A stretch of DNA of 32,000 nt from NCBI RefSeq assembly GCF_042660085.1, contig NZ_JBHSTI010000008.1:1809876-1841875 (forward strand). The letters run 5' to 3'. The position numbers and the translations under genes are program-made. The notes beneath the pieces were generated by a model, which ran no database searches, was not told where the DNA came from, and saw only the letters and a program-made list of their open reading frames with translations. Position 1 is the first letter of the stretch; each line of letters starts with the position of its first letter. Shown here one piece after another: positions 10,369 through 20,597 of this stretch. The stretch is from Longivirga aurantiaca (GTDB taxonomy: Bacteria; Actinomycetota; Actinomycetes; S36-B12; CAIYMF01).

Positions 10369-11354
10369 GCCGCGGCCCGCTGACGCTCGACCGCACGCAG
10401 CCGCGCCGAGGCTGCGCGCGGGTTCTCCGCGATCTCGGCGGCCGAGGCCTTCTCCGAGGAACGGGTGATCATGCGCAGCTCGGGCTCGTGGCCGGCAGGG
10501 ACGAAGGGCAGGTCGTCCGGCACGTCGCTCCTGGCGCGGGAGACCATGGCGCGCTTGGTGATCCGGTCCTCGAGCGACTGGTACGACATCACCACGAGGC
10601 GCCCCCCGACCGACAGCGCGTCGATCGCGGCGGGGATCGCCCGCTCGAGCACCTCGAGCTCGCCGTTCACCTCGATGCGCAGGGCCTGGAAGGTGCGCTT
10701 GGCCGGGTTGCCGCCCGTGCGGCGTGCGGGCGCGGGGATCGAGTCGCGGATGATCTCGACGAGCCGCGCGCTGGTGGTGAAGGGCTCGCGGGCCCGCTCG
10801 CGGATCACGGAGTCGGCGATGCGCCCGGCGAACTTCTCCTCGCCGTACTCGCGCAGGACCCGCGCGATCTCCTTGCCGCTGTATGTGTTCAGGACGTCGG
10901 CGGCGGTGATCCCGCGCGACTGGTCCATGCGCATGTCGAGCGGGGCGTCCTGCGAGTAGGCGAACCCGCGCTCGGCCTCGTCGAGCTGCATGGACGAGAC
11001 GCCGAGATCGAACAGGATGCCGTCGACGCTCGGGATGCCCGCATCGGCAAGCACCTGCGGCAGCTCGTCGTACACGGCGTGCACGAGGAGCGTGCGGCCC
11101 GAGAACTCCGCGAGACGGCGGCCGGCCAGCTCGAGCGCGGCGGTGTCGCGGTCGAGGCCGACGAGCCGGACCTCGGGGTACCGGGTGAGCAGGGCCTCGC
11201 TGTGGCCGCCGAGACCGAGGGTGGCGTCGACGACGACGGAGCCGGGGCGCTCGATCGCCGGGCCCAGCAGGGCGAGGCAGCGCTCGAGCAGCACCGGGAC
11301 GTGACGGGGGTGGTCGGCGGCGCCCGGGTTCTGCGCGTCGACAGGGGTGCTCAT
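10365..11354 (-). CDS. rsmH: 16S rRNA (cytosine(1402)-N(4))-methyltransferase RsmH (MraW)
   Basis: [77 protein letters not shown]. Confidence 0.97.
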   Translation of the reverse strand: MSTPVDAQNPGAADHPRHVPVLLERCLALLGPAIERPGSVVVDATLGLGGHSEALLTRYPEVRLVGLDRDTAALELAGRRLAEFSGRTLLVHAVYDELPQVLADAGIPSVDGILFDLGVSSMQLDEAERGFAYSQDAPLDMRMDQSRGITAADVLNTYSGKEIARVLREYGEEKFAGRIADSVIRERAREPFTTSARLVEIIRDSIPAPARRTGGNPAKRTFQALRIEVNGELEVLERAIPAAIDALSVGGRLVVMSYQSLEDRITKRAMVSRARSDVPDDLPFVPAGHEPELRMITRSSEKASAAEIAENPRAASARLRAVERQRAAA

Positions 11355-11356
11355 GC

Positions 11357-11506
11357 TCAGCCCAGCCGCTCGACGAGGTCGGACAGGGCGACGAGCAGGA
11401 CCGCGGAGAGCACGCAGGCGCCGCCGAAGGCGGCGACCGGGACCACCGCGCCGCGGAGTGCGCGGGCGCGAGCGCCACGGTGCTGCCGCTGCAGGGTGAG
11501 GTCCAT
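11357..11506 (-). CDS. 49-aa predicted single-pass membrane mini-protein within the dcw operon
   Basis: [49 protein letters not shown]; GGAGG 8-9 nt before the ATG; stop codon abuts the rsmH start; basic N-term plus a hydrophobic stretch. Confidence 0.6.
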   Translation of the reverse strand: MDLTLQRQHRGARARALRGAVVPVAAFGGACVLSAVLLVALSDLVERLG

Positions 11507-11738
11507 CTGTCGTCGCCTCCTCGCCCTCTCGGGCGCTCGCGGTGGGGGCCGGTCGTGCGGTGCGGTTCTGCTCTGGTGAGGCCGTGCTGCGGTGCCGCTG
11601 TGCTCGCGGATCTGCGGGGGCTTCGTGCCTTCGTGGTTCCAGGTCCCCGTCCGTCGTCCGGGGTGGGGTCCGCCTGGCACCGGGGAAGGTGCGCCAGGTG
11701 GCCGGGCGACGGATCGGAGGCCTGATGCCACGACGGGG

Positions 11739-12167
11739 TCAGCCGGAGGGCACCACCGCCGAGTCCATCTCGGCGAACGAGGCGTCCGCCTCGGCGCTGT
11801 AGGACTCCCACGCGGCGGGGTCCCAGATCTCGATGAACTCGTTCTGGCCGATGACGACGCACTCGCGGGTGAGGCCGGCGTACTCCCGGAGGGAGGACGG
11901 GATCGTGATGCGGCCCTGCTTGTCCGGGGTGTCGTCGTAGGCGCTGGCGAACAGCACGCGGGTGTAGCGGCGGATGTCCGCGACCGTGTGCTTGCCCTGG
12001 GCGAGCTCCTCGGCGTACTTCGCGAAGCCGACCTTGGTCCAGACCACGACGCAGCGGTCCTGGCCCTTGCTCATGACGAGGCCGTCGGCGAGGAAGTCGC
12101 GGTAGCGCGCGGGAAGGATCACGCGGTTCTTGTCGTCCAGGCGGGGCGAGTGGGTCCCGAGGAACAC
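11739..12167 (-). CDS. mraZ: Transcriptional regulator MraZ
   Basis: VFLGTHSPRLDDKNRVILPARYRDFLADGLVMSKGQDRCVVVWTKVGFAKYAEEL...DKQGRITIPSSLREYAGL; AGGAGG before GTG 12167. Confidence 0.95.
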   Translation of the reverse strand: MFLGTHSPRLDDKNRVILPARYRDFLADGLVMSKGQDRCVVVWTKVGFAKYAEELAQGKHTVADIRRYTRVLFASAYDDTPDKQGRITIPSSLREYAGLTRECVVIGQNEFIEIWDPAAWESYSAEADASFAEMDSAVVPSG

Positions 12168-12217
12168 CGTCACCACCTCCTGCCGCTCCCCCGAGCCCGC
12201 TGCTCTGGGTGTGCGCG

Positions 12218-12251
12218 CCAACATACTCCACTTCACTCCACCGTCAACCAC
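12218..12251 (-). promoter_or_regulatory. Predicted mraZ promoter with overlapping MraZ-box array (four GTGG/TTGG half-sites, 10-bp period)
   Basis: Minus strand GTGGTTGACGGTGGAGTGAAGTGGAGTATGTTGG: half-sites at 12248-51, 12238-41, 12228-31, 12218-21; -35 TTGACG 12242-12247, N16, -10 TATGTT 12220-12225. Confidence 0.8.
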
Positions 12252-12485
12252 ATCAGGTCGTCCGAACGGCTCATGTCGCGCAATTCCTGCTCACGCCCGT
12301 TCATCGCCGCAGGTCAGAGCGGTGGTGGGAAATGGAGGAGAAAGGTCGGAAACGGGCTGGAAACGCCGGCATGAGTGGGGACCGGGCGCGTGGCGCCCGC
12401 GGGCGCGCAGGGCATCGCCGCAGGTCAGGGGCCTGACGAGCATCGTCAGCCGACGGGCAGGGCCCGGAGTGGAGCGATGTGGGGG

Positions 12486-12507
12486 CTCCCGGGAGCGCTC
12501 CGGGGAG
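12486..12507. terminator. Candidate stem-loop downstream of the RDD gene
   Basis: CTCCCGGGAG CG CTCCGGGGAG, near-perfect inverted repeat (1 mismatch) 5 nt past the RDD stop codon. Confidence 0.45.
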
Positions 12508-12512
12508 GCTGA

Positions 12513-13064
12513 CTAGAGGTCGGAGCGGGAGCCGACGTCGGTGACGCGGAACTGCTTGCGCACGGGCCAGTCGTGGATCACCGAGGTGCGCAGCAGGACG
12601 TCCTGCACCGATCGGTTCTCCCGGCTCACCACGCACCAGAAGAGTGCGACGGGCACCAGCGTGCACAGCGAGGCGCGCAGGAACGCGAGCGGCCAGGACA
12701 GCTTGGCACCCTTGCGCCCGACGACCCGGAGGCCGAGGATCCGCGACCCGATGCTGCGACCGGCCGTGGCCCAGCCCGCCGTGAGGTACAGGACCATGTA
12801 GCAGTAGCCGAGCACCACGAAGTAGAAGAAGGGCCAGACCGGCACCTCGAAGGTGCGCGGGTCGATGAGGAACTTCAGGACTGCGATCGCGAGCCAGGTG
12901 CCGAGGGTCAGCGAGGCCATGATCGCGTAGTCGATCGCACCGGCGAGGGTGCGCGTGACGACGCCTGCCCGCAGACCCTGGAACGCGCGCGCCTCGGGAC
13001 GGATGGGGTCGAGCAGGTGCTGCGGGCGGTCGTCGTCCTGGGGCACCGCGGTTGCGTCAGTCAT
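12513..13064 (-). CDS. RDD family membrane protein
   Basis: 183 aa; RTLAGAIDYAIMASL, TAGRSIGSRILGLRVVGRKGAKLSWPLAFLRA, typical RDD domain topology. Confidence 0.88.
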   Translation of the reverse strand: MTDATAVPQDDDRPQHLLDPIRPEARAFQGLRAGVVTRTLAGAIDYAIMASLTLGTWLAIAVLKFLIDPRTFEVPVWPFFYFVVLGYCYMVLYLTAGWATAGRSIGSRILGLRVVGRKGAKLSWPLAFLRASLCTLVPVALFWCVVSRENRSVQDVLLRTSVIHDWPVRKQFRVTDVGSRSDL

Positions 13065-13839
13065 CGGACCCCCGCCTCGACTGCGGCTCCCCGGGGGCGT
13101 CGGTATGACGCGCCTTGCGGCGCAGCAGGATCCGGTCGACCCACCGGTTCACCAGCTCGTCGCCGGACACGGCCGACAGGCGCGCGGAGTCGACGACGAC
13201 CGTGGCGACGCCGGAGGTCGAGCCGCGGATGATCTCGGGCAGGTCGACGTCGTCGATGACCTCCTCGGCGAGGCCCGCGACGTCCACCTGCGTGCGGATG
13301 AGGGTGTTGAGGTCGACGCCCTCGACGGCGGAGTTGACGACGGTCGCGAGGTCGACCCGCTCGAGCACGAGCTCGGTGAGGTCGAGCCGGTCGAGCACCT
13401 CGGTCACGATGCGCTCGAGGTCGACGCGCGAAAGCACCAGCTGGGTGAGGTCGATGCGGTCGAGCACCCGGGTGAGCACCTCGGGCACGACGTAGTCGAG
13501 GGTGTCGTCGGAGATGACCGTGAGGTCCTCCCCCGCGGCGAAGCGCACCGCCCGTCCGCGCTCGGCGAGCCGGTCGACGACGTAGCCGGCCGTGAACCTC
13601 TCGGGGACCAGGGGCGGACGCGAGACCAGCCCCCACACGCTGCGCGCCACGGGGGCCAACGACTGCGCGACGGCCGAGGTCACCGCCACGGCCGGTCGGG
13701 TGACGATGACCGCGGCGCCCACGGCGATGTCGAGCGGCGCCTCGACCGCGGCGGGCAGGCGGGGCGCGCGCTGACGGACCACGGGCAGGGCGCGGGGCTG
13801 CTCGTCGCCAGGGCGGGGTGCCCCCGTCTCGTCGGTCAC
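13057..13839 (-). CDS. Conserved hypothetical protein with internal VDL repeats
   Basis: 260-aa ORF overlapping the RDD gene start; contains IDLTQLVLSRVDLERIVTEVLDRLDLTELVLERVDL... repeats. Confidence 0.75.
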   Translation of the reverse strand: MTDETGAPRPGDEQPRALPVVRQRAPRLPAAVEAPLDIAVGAAVIVTRPAVAVTSAVAQSLAPVARSVWGLVSRPPLVPERFTAGYVVDRLAERGRAVRFAAGEDLTVISDDTLDYVVPEVLTRVLDRIDLTQLVLSRVDLERIVTEVLDRLDLTELVLERVDLATVVNSAVEGVDLNTLIRTQVDVAGLAEEVIDDVDLPEIIRGSTSGVATVVVDSARLSAVSGDELVNRWVDRILLRRKARHTDAPGEPQSRRGSDD

Positions 13840-13885
13840 CGGGTCAGTGTGACGCAGAGCCGTCGCCCGTGGCCGAGCGATCCTC

Positions 13886-14338
13886 CTACCGGTGGAGGTT
13901 CTCGACGGTGCGCAGGCGCGAGCAGAGGACGCGGAGCATCGGCACCGCGACCTCCGGGTGCTTGTCGAGGAGGTCCTCGAACGTCCACCGAGACAGCGCG
14001 AAGGTCGTGAGGCCGCCGGCGTCGGCGATGATGTCGGCCGACCGCGGACGTCCGTCGATCAGCGAGAGCTCGCCGAAGTAGTCGCCCTCGGTGAGCCGGT
14101 TGACCTGCTCGCCGTTGACCAGCACCCGCGCGGCGCCGTCGAGCACGACGTGCATCTCGACGCCGGCCGGCGAGAATGCCTTGAAGCCCGTGACGCTGTC
14201 GCCCTGCACGATCACCGTCGTGCCCTCGACGTACTCCGCCGTGTTTCCGGCGTCGGCGATGTGGCTCAGCACCCGGTGCGACAGACCGCGGAAGAGGTCG
14301 ACCTCGCCGAGCGTGGCGGTGAGTTCCCTGTTACCCAT
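13886..14338 (-). CDS. Cyclic nucleotide-binding domain protein (Crp-like sensor domain, no HTH)
   Basis: 150 aa; LFRGLSHRVLSHIADAG, GDYFGELSLIDGRPRSADIIAD = cNMP-binding phosphate-binding cassette. Confidence 0.9.
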   Translation of the reverse strand: MGNRELTATLGEVDLFRGLSHRVLSHIADAGNTAEYVEGTTVIVQGDSVTGFKAFSPAGVEMHVVLDGAARVLVNGEQVNRLTEGDYFGELSLIDGRPRSADIIADAGGLTTFALSRWTFEDLLDKHPEVAVPMLRVLCSRLRTVENLHR

Positions 14339-14457
14339 GGCCGGAGGCTAGGCCAGCGGCGGGCGCTGTGCGAGCCGATCGCGAGGACTCGTCCGCCGTG
14401 GCTCCGTGCACCGCGCGTCGGCACGGCGTACGGCGGGCGCGTCCCTAGCCTGGGCCC

Positions 14458-14823
14458 ATGGCCGTCGCCCGCACCCGCAAGGCCCGCGCGTCGCGCAAGC
14501 GCGCGCGACGGATGAGCGCGGTGGAGCACGACCTCTCGGTCGAGCAGTGGACGGCGCTGCAGGAGGCCTGGGGCGGCTGCGCGTACTGCGGCGCGACCGG
14601 CGTGCCCCTGCAGAAGGACTGCGTGCAGGCGCTCTCGCGCGGCGGGCGCTACACCCTCGACAACATCGCGCCGGCCTGCCGGTCGTGCAACGCGAGCAAG
14701 TGCAACGACGAGGTCACCGGCTGGATGCGCCGCAAGCGCCTCGACGAGCGCACGTTCCTGCTGCGCCACGTCGAGATCCGCACGGCGCTCCTCGACCGCT
14801 TCGCCGACGAGCCCGCGTCCTAG
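14458..14823 (+). CDS. HNH endonuclease domain protein
   Basis: 121 aa; WGGCAYCGATG...LDNIAPACRSCNASKCNDEV, CxxC...DNIxPxCxxCNxxK HNH/zinc pattern. Confidence 0.85.
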   Translation: MAVARTRKARASRKRARRMSAVEHDLSVEQWTALQEAWGGCAYCGATGVPLQKDCVQALSRGGRYTLDNIAPACRSCNASKCNDEVTGWMRRKRLDERTFLLRHVEIRTALLDRFADEPAS

Positions 14824-14827
14824 CCGG

Positions 14828-15355
14828 TCAGGCGGGGGTGAGGGGCCCGGTCTTGGCCTCGGGGAAGTAGTCCTGCCCGATGCCGGTCTCGCGCTTGGGG
14901 ACCATGACCGAACGGGTCCACGACACGATCACGTCGCCGTCCTGGTTGAGGCCGCGCGTGATCATCGTGACGATGCCGAACCCCGGGCGCGAGGAGCTCT
15001 CGCGCAGGTCGGTGCAGATGCTCTCGGCGTAGATCGTGTCGCCGATGTAGACGGGGTGCGTGAGCTTGATGGCGTCCCACCCGAGGTTGGCCACGGCGTT
15101 CTGGCTCATGTCGATCACCGAGAGGCCGAGCACGAGCGCGACCGTGAGCCCGGAGTTCACGATGATGCGGCCGCCGGTGATCGGGTTCGACTGCGCCAGG
15201 TGGGCGTTGAAGTGGTTCTGGTTGGTGTTGCAGGTGAGCTGGGTGAACCACGTGGAGTCGGCCTCGGAGATCGTGCGGCCGAAGGGGTGCTGGTAGACGT
15301 CGCCCACGACGAAGTCGTCGAAGAACCGGCCGAGCTCGGCCTTGTGCACGGTCAT
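14828..15355 (-). CDS. MaoC-like / hot-dog fold (R)-hydratase family protein
   Basis: 175 aa; FGRTISEADSTWFTQLTCNTNQNHFNAHLAQ...GRIIVNSGLTVALVLGLS; SD GGAGGACTCCCC before the ATG. Confidence 0.87.
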   Translation of the reverse strand: MTVHKAELGRFFDDFVVGDVYQHPFGRTISEADSTWFTQLTCNTNQNHFNAHLAQSNPITGGRIIVNSGLTVALVLGLSVIDMSQNAVANLGWDAIKLTHPVYIGDTIYAESICTDLRESSSRPGFGIVTMITRGLNQDGDVIVSWTRSVMVPKRETGIGQDYFPEAKTGPLTPA

Positions 15356-15443
15356 GGGGAGTCCTCCCGGTCGCGGTCCACGGCGCCACGATGCGCCGAC
15401 TGCTCGACTGTACGAAGCCGGTGTACCGCGACGCAGCGCAGGT

Positions 15444-16487
15444 CTACCAGCGCTGGAGCGGCGCCACCTCGGGGTGGTCGGCGCGCAGGGGCGGCATGCC
15501 GTACAGGCCGGGGGGCAGCGCACCCGTGTGCAGCGACAGTGCCGAGAGCATCGACGAGGTGTCGGCGTACGCATCGGCCGCGAGCTGCTCGGTGAAGCGG
15601 AAGTCGAGCATCGACGACGCGATCTGCTCGGGCGCGGGCAGGTAGACGAGCGGGATCTCCTCGGCCACCTGCAGGTCGCGGACCACCTGTTGACGGGAGG
15701 CGATCTGCACAGCCTGGATGACGACGGCGATGAGGCTCTCGGCCCAGCGACCCTCCATGCCGAAGCGCCCGCAGTCCAGCACCACCACCGACTTCGCGCC
15801 GCGCGAGTAGGCCACCTCGATGGGCACGTTCGACACGAGTGCCCCGTCGACCAGCCGCCGGCCGTCCCGCTCGACCCACGGGAAGACGCCGGGGATGGCC
15901 GACGACGCGAGCAGCGCGCTGCGGACGTCGCCGGAGTCCATCTCCACGCGCTCGCCGGTGTCGAGGTCGGTCGCGACCGCGACGTACGGCATCGGCAGGT
16001 CCTCGATGCGGCTCACCGGGACGTGCGCCGCGAGCAGCTCGGTCAACGGCCCGGGGTTGAAGAGGTACGGGCGGTTGGCACCGGCCGAGATGGCCTGGGT
16101 GAACATGTTGCCGGGGAAGACGTCGCGGCGCTCGATCTGCGGCCAGAGGTCGGCGAGCACCTGCGGGCCGTGGTCGGGGTCGGCCGCGATCATGATGCCG
16201 TTGAGCGAGCCGACGCTCGTGCCGACGACGAGGTCGGGCCGCAGGTCGGTCTCGTGCAGGGCACGGATCATGCCCATCTGCACCGCGCCGTACGCGCCTC
16301 CCCCGCCGAACACGTAGGCGAGCGGACGGGGCAGGAGCCGGGCGAGGGCCAGCGGCATCGCCACCGACGGCGCCAGCGGGGCGGGCGGCTCGTCGACGTG
16401 CTCGGGCAGGCCACCGGCGACCGCGGAGGCGCGCTGCTGCGCGCGGAGCTCGGACCGGCTCGTGTGCTCGTCGTTCGTGCCCGGCAT
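15444..16487 (-). CDS. Patatin-like phospholipase family protein
   Basis: 347 aa; GGGGAYGAVQMGM oxyanion loop, GTSVGSLNG (GxSxG), DGALVSNVPI (catalytic Asp). Confidence 0.9.
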   Translation of the reverse strand: MPGTNDEHTSRSELRAQQRASAVAGGLPEHVDEPPAPLAPSVAMPLALARLLPRPLAYVFGGGGAYGAVQMGMIRALHETDLRPDLVVGTSVGSLNGIMIAADPDHGPQVLADLWPQIERRDVFPGNMFTQAISAGANRPYLFNPGPLTELLAAHVPVSRIEDLPMPYVAVATDLDTGERVEMDSGDVRSALLASSAIPGVFPWVERDGRRLVDGALVSNVPIEVAYSRGAKSVVVLDCGRFGMEGRWAESLIAVVIQAVQIASRQQVVRDLQVAEEIPLVYLPAPEQIASSMLDFRFTEQLAADAYADTSSMLSALSLHTGALPPGLYGMPPLRADHPEVAPLQRW

Positions 16488-16499
16488 GGTCCGGCCTCC

Positions 16500-16525
16500 T
16501 CCGACGGCGGTGCGACGCCGTCGGA
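16500..16525. promoter_or_regulatory. Perfect inverted repeat TCCGACGGCG-N6-CGCCGTCGGA in a divergent intergenic region
   Basis: 10-bp perfect arms at 16500-16509 and 16516-16525, between patatin (-) and the ABC ATPase (+). Confidence 0.5.
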
Positions 16526-16581
16526 TCGATCCTCGCAGCCGAGCGGGGGCCAGGCCACCGAAGCGGCCCTAGGGTGACGAC

Positions 16582-17369
<788 letters not shown>

Positions 17370-17373
<4 letters not shown>

Positions 17374-18137
17374 CCACGATCCCGAGCTGGAGCGCGGTCG
17401 CGGTCTCCGGCCTGCTCGTCCTCGTCGCGGTCGGCATCGCCTCCTGGCAGCGCCTCGGCATCAGCCGGGACGTCGTCGTCGCGGCCGTGCGTGCGCTCGT
17501 CCAGCTGGTCGCCGTCGGCGCGGTGCTCGCGTGGCTCTTCCTGCACGCCGGGCTCCTGGGGGCGCTGGCCTGGATCGCGGCCATGACCGTGATCGCGGCG
17601 TTCGAGTCGCGGCGGCGCGGCGCCGGCCTCCCCCGGGCTCTGCTCGCGGCCTGGCTCGGCATCGCGATCGGCACCCTCGGCACGCTGGGCGTGCTCGTGG
17701 TGGGCGGCGTCGTGTCGACCGAGCCGCAGGTGCTCATCCCGATCGGCGGCATGGTCGTGAGCGGCGCGATGCAGGCGTCGTCCCTGACCCTCGCCTCGCT
17801 TCGGCGGTCGGCCGCCGACCGGCGCCCCGCCGTCGAGACCGCCCTCAGCCTGGGGCTCGGACCTCGCGAGGCGTTCGCGGGCGAGCTGCGCACCGCCGTG
17901 CGCACGGCGCTCGTGCCCTCGGTCGACTCGACCAAGGTGGTGGGCCTCATCGCCCTCCCGGGCACGATGACGGGCCTCATCATCGCGGGCGTCGAGCCGC
18001 TCGAGGCGATCCGCTACCAGATCATCGTCATGTACATGCTGCTCGCGGCGTGGGCGGTGGCCTCGCTCGTGACCGCTCGGGCCGCCGAGCGGTGGATGTT
18101 CGACGACGCCGAGCGCCTCGTCCGCGTGTCAACCTGA
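17370..18137 (+). CDS. ABC transporter permease, FetB/UPF0014 (YbbM) family
   Basis: 255 aa; SVDSTKVVGLIALPGTMTGLIIAGVEPLEAIRYQIIVMYMLLA is diagnostic of UPF0014/FetB. Confidence 0.88.
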
Positions 18138-18168
18138 GCCGTTCCCGGACGTCCTCTCCGTGAAGGGG

Positions 18169-18199
18169 CGCGCGGGGAACTCCGCCACTCCCCCGCGCG
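18169..18199 (+). terminator. Candidate terminator downstream of the fetB-like gene
   Basis: CGCGCGGGG-N13-CCCCGCGCG perfect 9-bp stem about 30 nt after the stop. Confidence 0.45.
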
Positions 18200-18316
18200 T
18201 CGGAGCGGTCCGGGGCAGTCTCTCGTGCGGGGACCGTGCGCGCAGGGCCGTTGCGGGTGACAATCGGATCCGGCGGGGGTCTCCCCCTGCGGACGAGGAC
18301 GACACGAGGAGACCGC

Positions 18317-19303
<987 letters not shown>

Positions 19304-19316
19304 CGGAGGTCTGCCC

Positions 19317-20597
19317 GTGCGTGCGGCGTTGCGTCAGCTCACCGGTCGGGGGCGGTTCCTGCTCGCCCTCGGCGGCATCGGGCTGATCGCGTCGCTCGTG
19401 CTCGAGCAGCGCGACCTGCTGCGCTTCGGCGTGCTCCTGGTCGCCCTTCCGCTGCTCTCGGCCGCACTGGTCTCGCGCACCCGCTACCGCCTCGCCTCGG
19501 CCCGCGGCCTGCGGCCCACCCGCGTGACCGTCGACGCCCCGACCACCGCCGTCGTGCGCCTCGAGAACGTCTCGCGGCTGCCGAGCGGCCTGCTGCTCGT
19601 CGAGGACGCGGTGCCGTGGCAGCTCGGCCGCTCGCAGCGCTTCGTCATCGACCGGCTCGAGTCGGGCGGGCGGCGCGACGTCCGGTACGAGCTGCGCAGC
19701 CCGGTGCGCGGCCGCTACACCGTCGGCCCCGTGAGCGTGCAGCTCGTCGACCCGTTCGGCCTGTGCCGCGCCACCCGGCAGTTCGCGACCACCGACACCC
19801 TCACGGTCGTGCCGTCGACCGTGCCGCTGCCCGGCATCCCGCTCGGCGGCGACTGGTCCGGACTCGGCGAGGCGCGAGCGCGCGCGGTGGCCTCGGCCGG
19901 CGAGGACGACGTGATCCCGCGCGAGTACCGCATCGGAGACGACCTGCGCCGTGTGCACTGGAAGTCGACGGCCAAGAGCGGCGAGCTCATGGTGCGCCGC
20001 GAGGAGCAGCCGTGGCGCACGCGCGCGACGGTCTTCCTCGACACCCGAGCGGTCGCGCACCGCGGCGACGGGCCGGCCAGCTCGTTCGAGTGGGCCGTGT
20101 CGGCCGCGGCGTCGGTCGCGGTGCACCTCGCCCGGCGGGGCTACGCCGTCCGCATCCTCGACGCCGACGGCACCCTGCTCACGCCGGGCGCAACGGTCGA
20201 GGAGGGCTTCTCCGGGGCCGAGGCCGAGGGCCCGCTGCTCGACACGCTGGCGCTCGCCACGCTCACCGAGGGCATCGCACCCGGCGTCGGTGACGCCCGC
20301 GGGCGGTCGCGGGTGCGCGACGGCCTGCTCGTGGCGATCCTCGGCGACCTCGAGATCGGCCACGCCGAGGCCGTCGCCGCCCTGCGCAGCGGCCACTCGA
20401 GCGCGGCGGCCCTGGTGCTCGACACGTCGGGCTGGGCCTCGCGCGCCACGATGCCGGAGGACGGCCGCACCACCCGCACCGCCGCCCTGCTCACCGCGGC
20501 CGGCTGGCGGGTGGCCGTGTGCGGCCCGCAGACCGACCTCGCCGACACCTGGCGCCATCTCGCCGGCAGCGGCTCGGTCGCCGGAGGTGCCCGATGA
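19317..20597 (+). CDS. DUF58 domain-containing protein
   Basis: 426 aa; GDWSGLGEARARAVASAGEDDVIPREYRIGDDLRRVHWKSTAKSGELMVRREEQPW, DUF58 signature; N-terminal TM helices. Confidence 0.92.
   Translation: MRAALRQLTGRGRFLLALGGIGLIASLVLEQRDLLRFGVLLVALPLLSAALVSRTRYRLASARGLRPTRVTVDAPTTAVVRLENVSRLPSGLLLVEDAVPWQLGRSQRFVIDRLESGGRRDVRYELRSPVRGRYTVGPVSVQLVDPFGLCRATRQFATTDTLTVVPSTVPLPGIPLGGDWSGLGEARARAVASAGEDDVIPREYRIGDDLRRVHWKSTAKSGELMVRREEQPWRTRATVFLDTRAVAHRGDGPASSFEWAVSAAASVAVHLARRGYAVRILDADGTLLTPGATVEEGFSGAEAEGPLLDTLALATLTEGIAPGVGDARGRSRVRDGLLVAILGDLEIGHAEAVAALRSGHSSAAALVLDTSGWASRATMPEDGRTTRTAALLTAAGWRVAVCGPQTDLADTWRHLAGSGSVAGGAR

Noticed and set aside
9739-12231. 830-aa ORF as a single giant protein
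   Set aside because: Only the C-terminal ~209 aa look like a real FtsL-like protein; the rest overlaps rsmH, the mini-ORF and mraZ in a shadow frame.
11739-12251. MraZ with an extra N-terminal 28 aa (start at 12251)
   Set aside because: The extension would run through the promoter and MraZ-box array; GTG 12167 with AGGAGG gives the canonical N-terminus.
12209-12436. Small plus-strand ORF in the mraZ upstream region
   Set aside because: Overlaps the regulatory array, with no SD or recognisable content.
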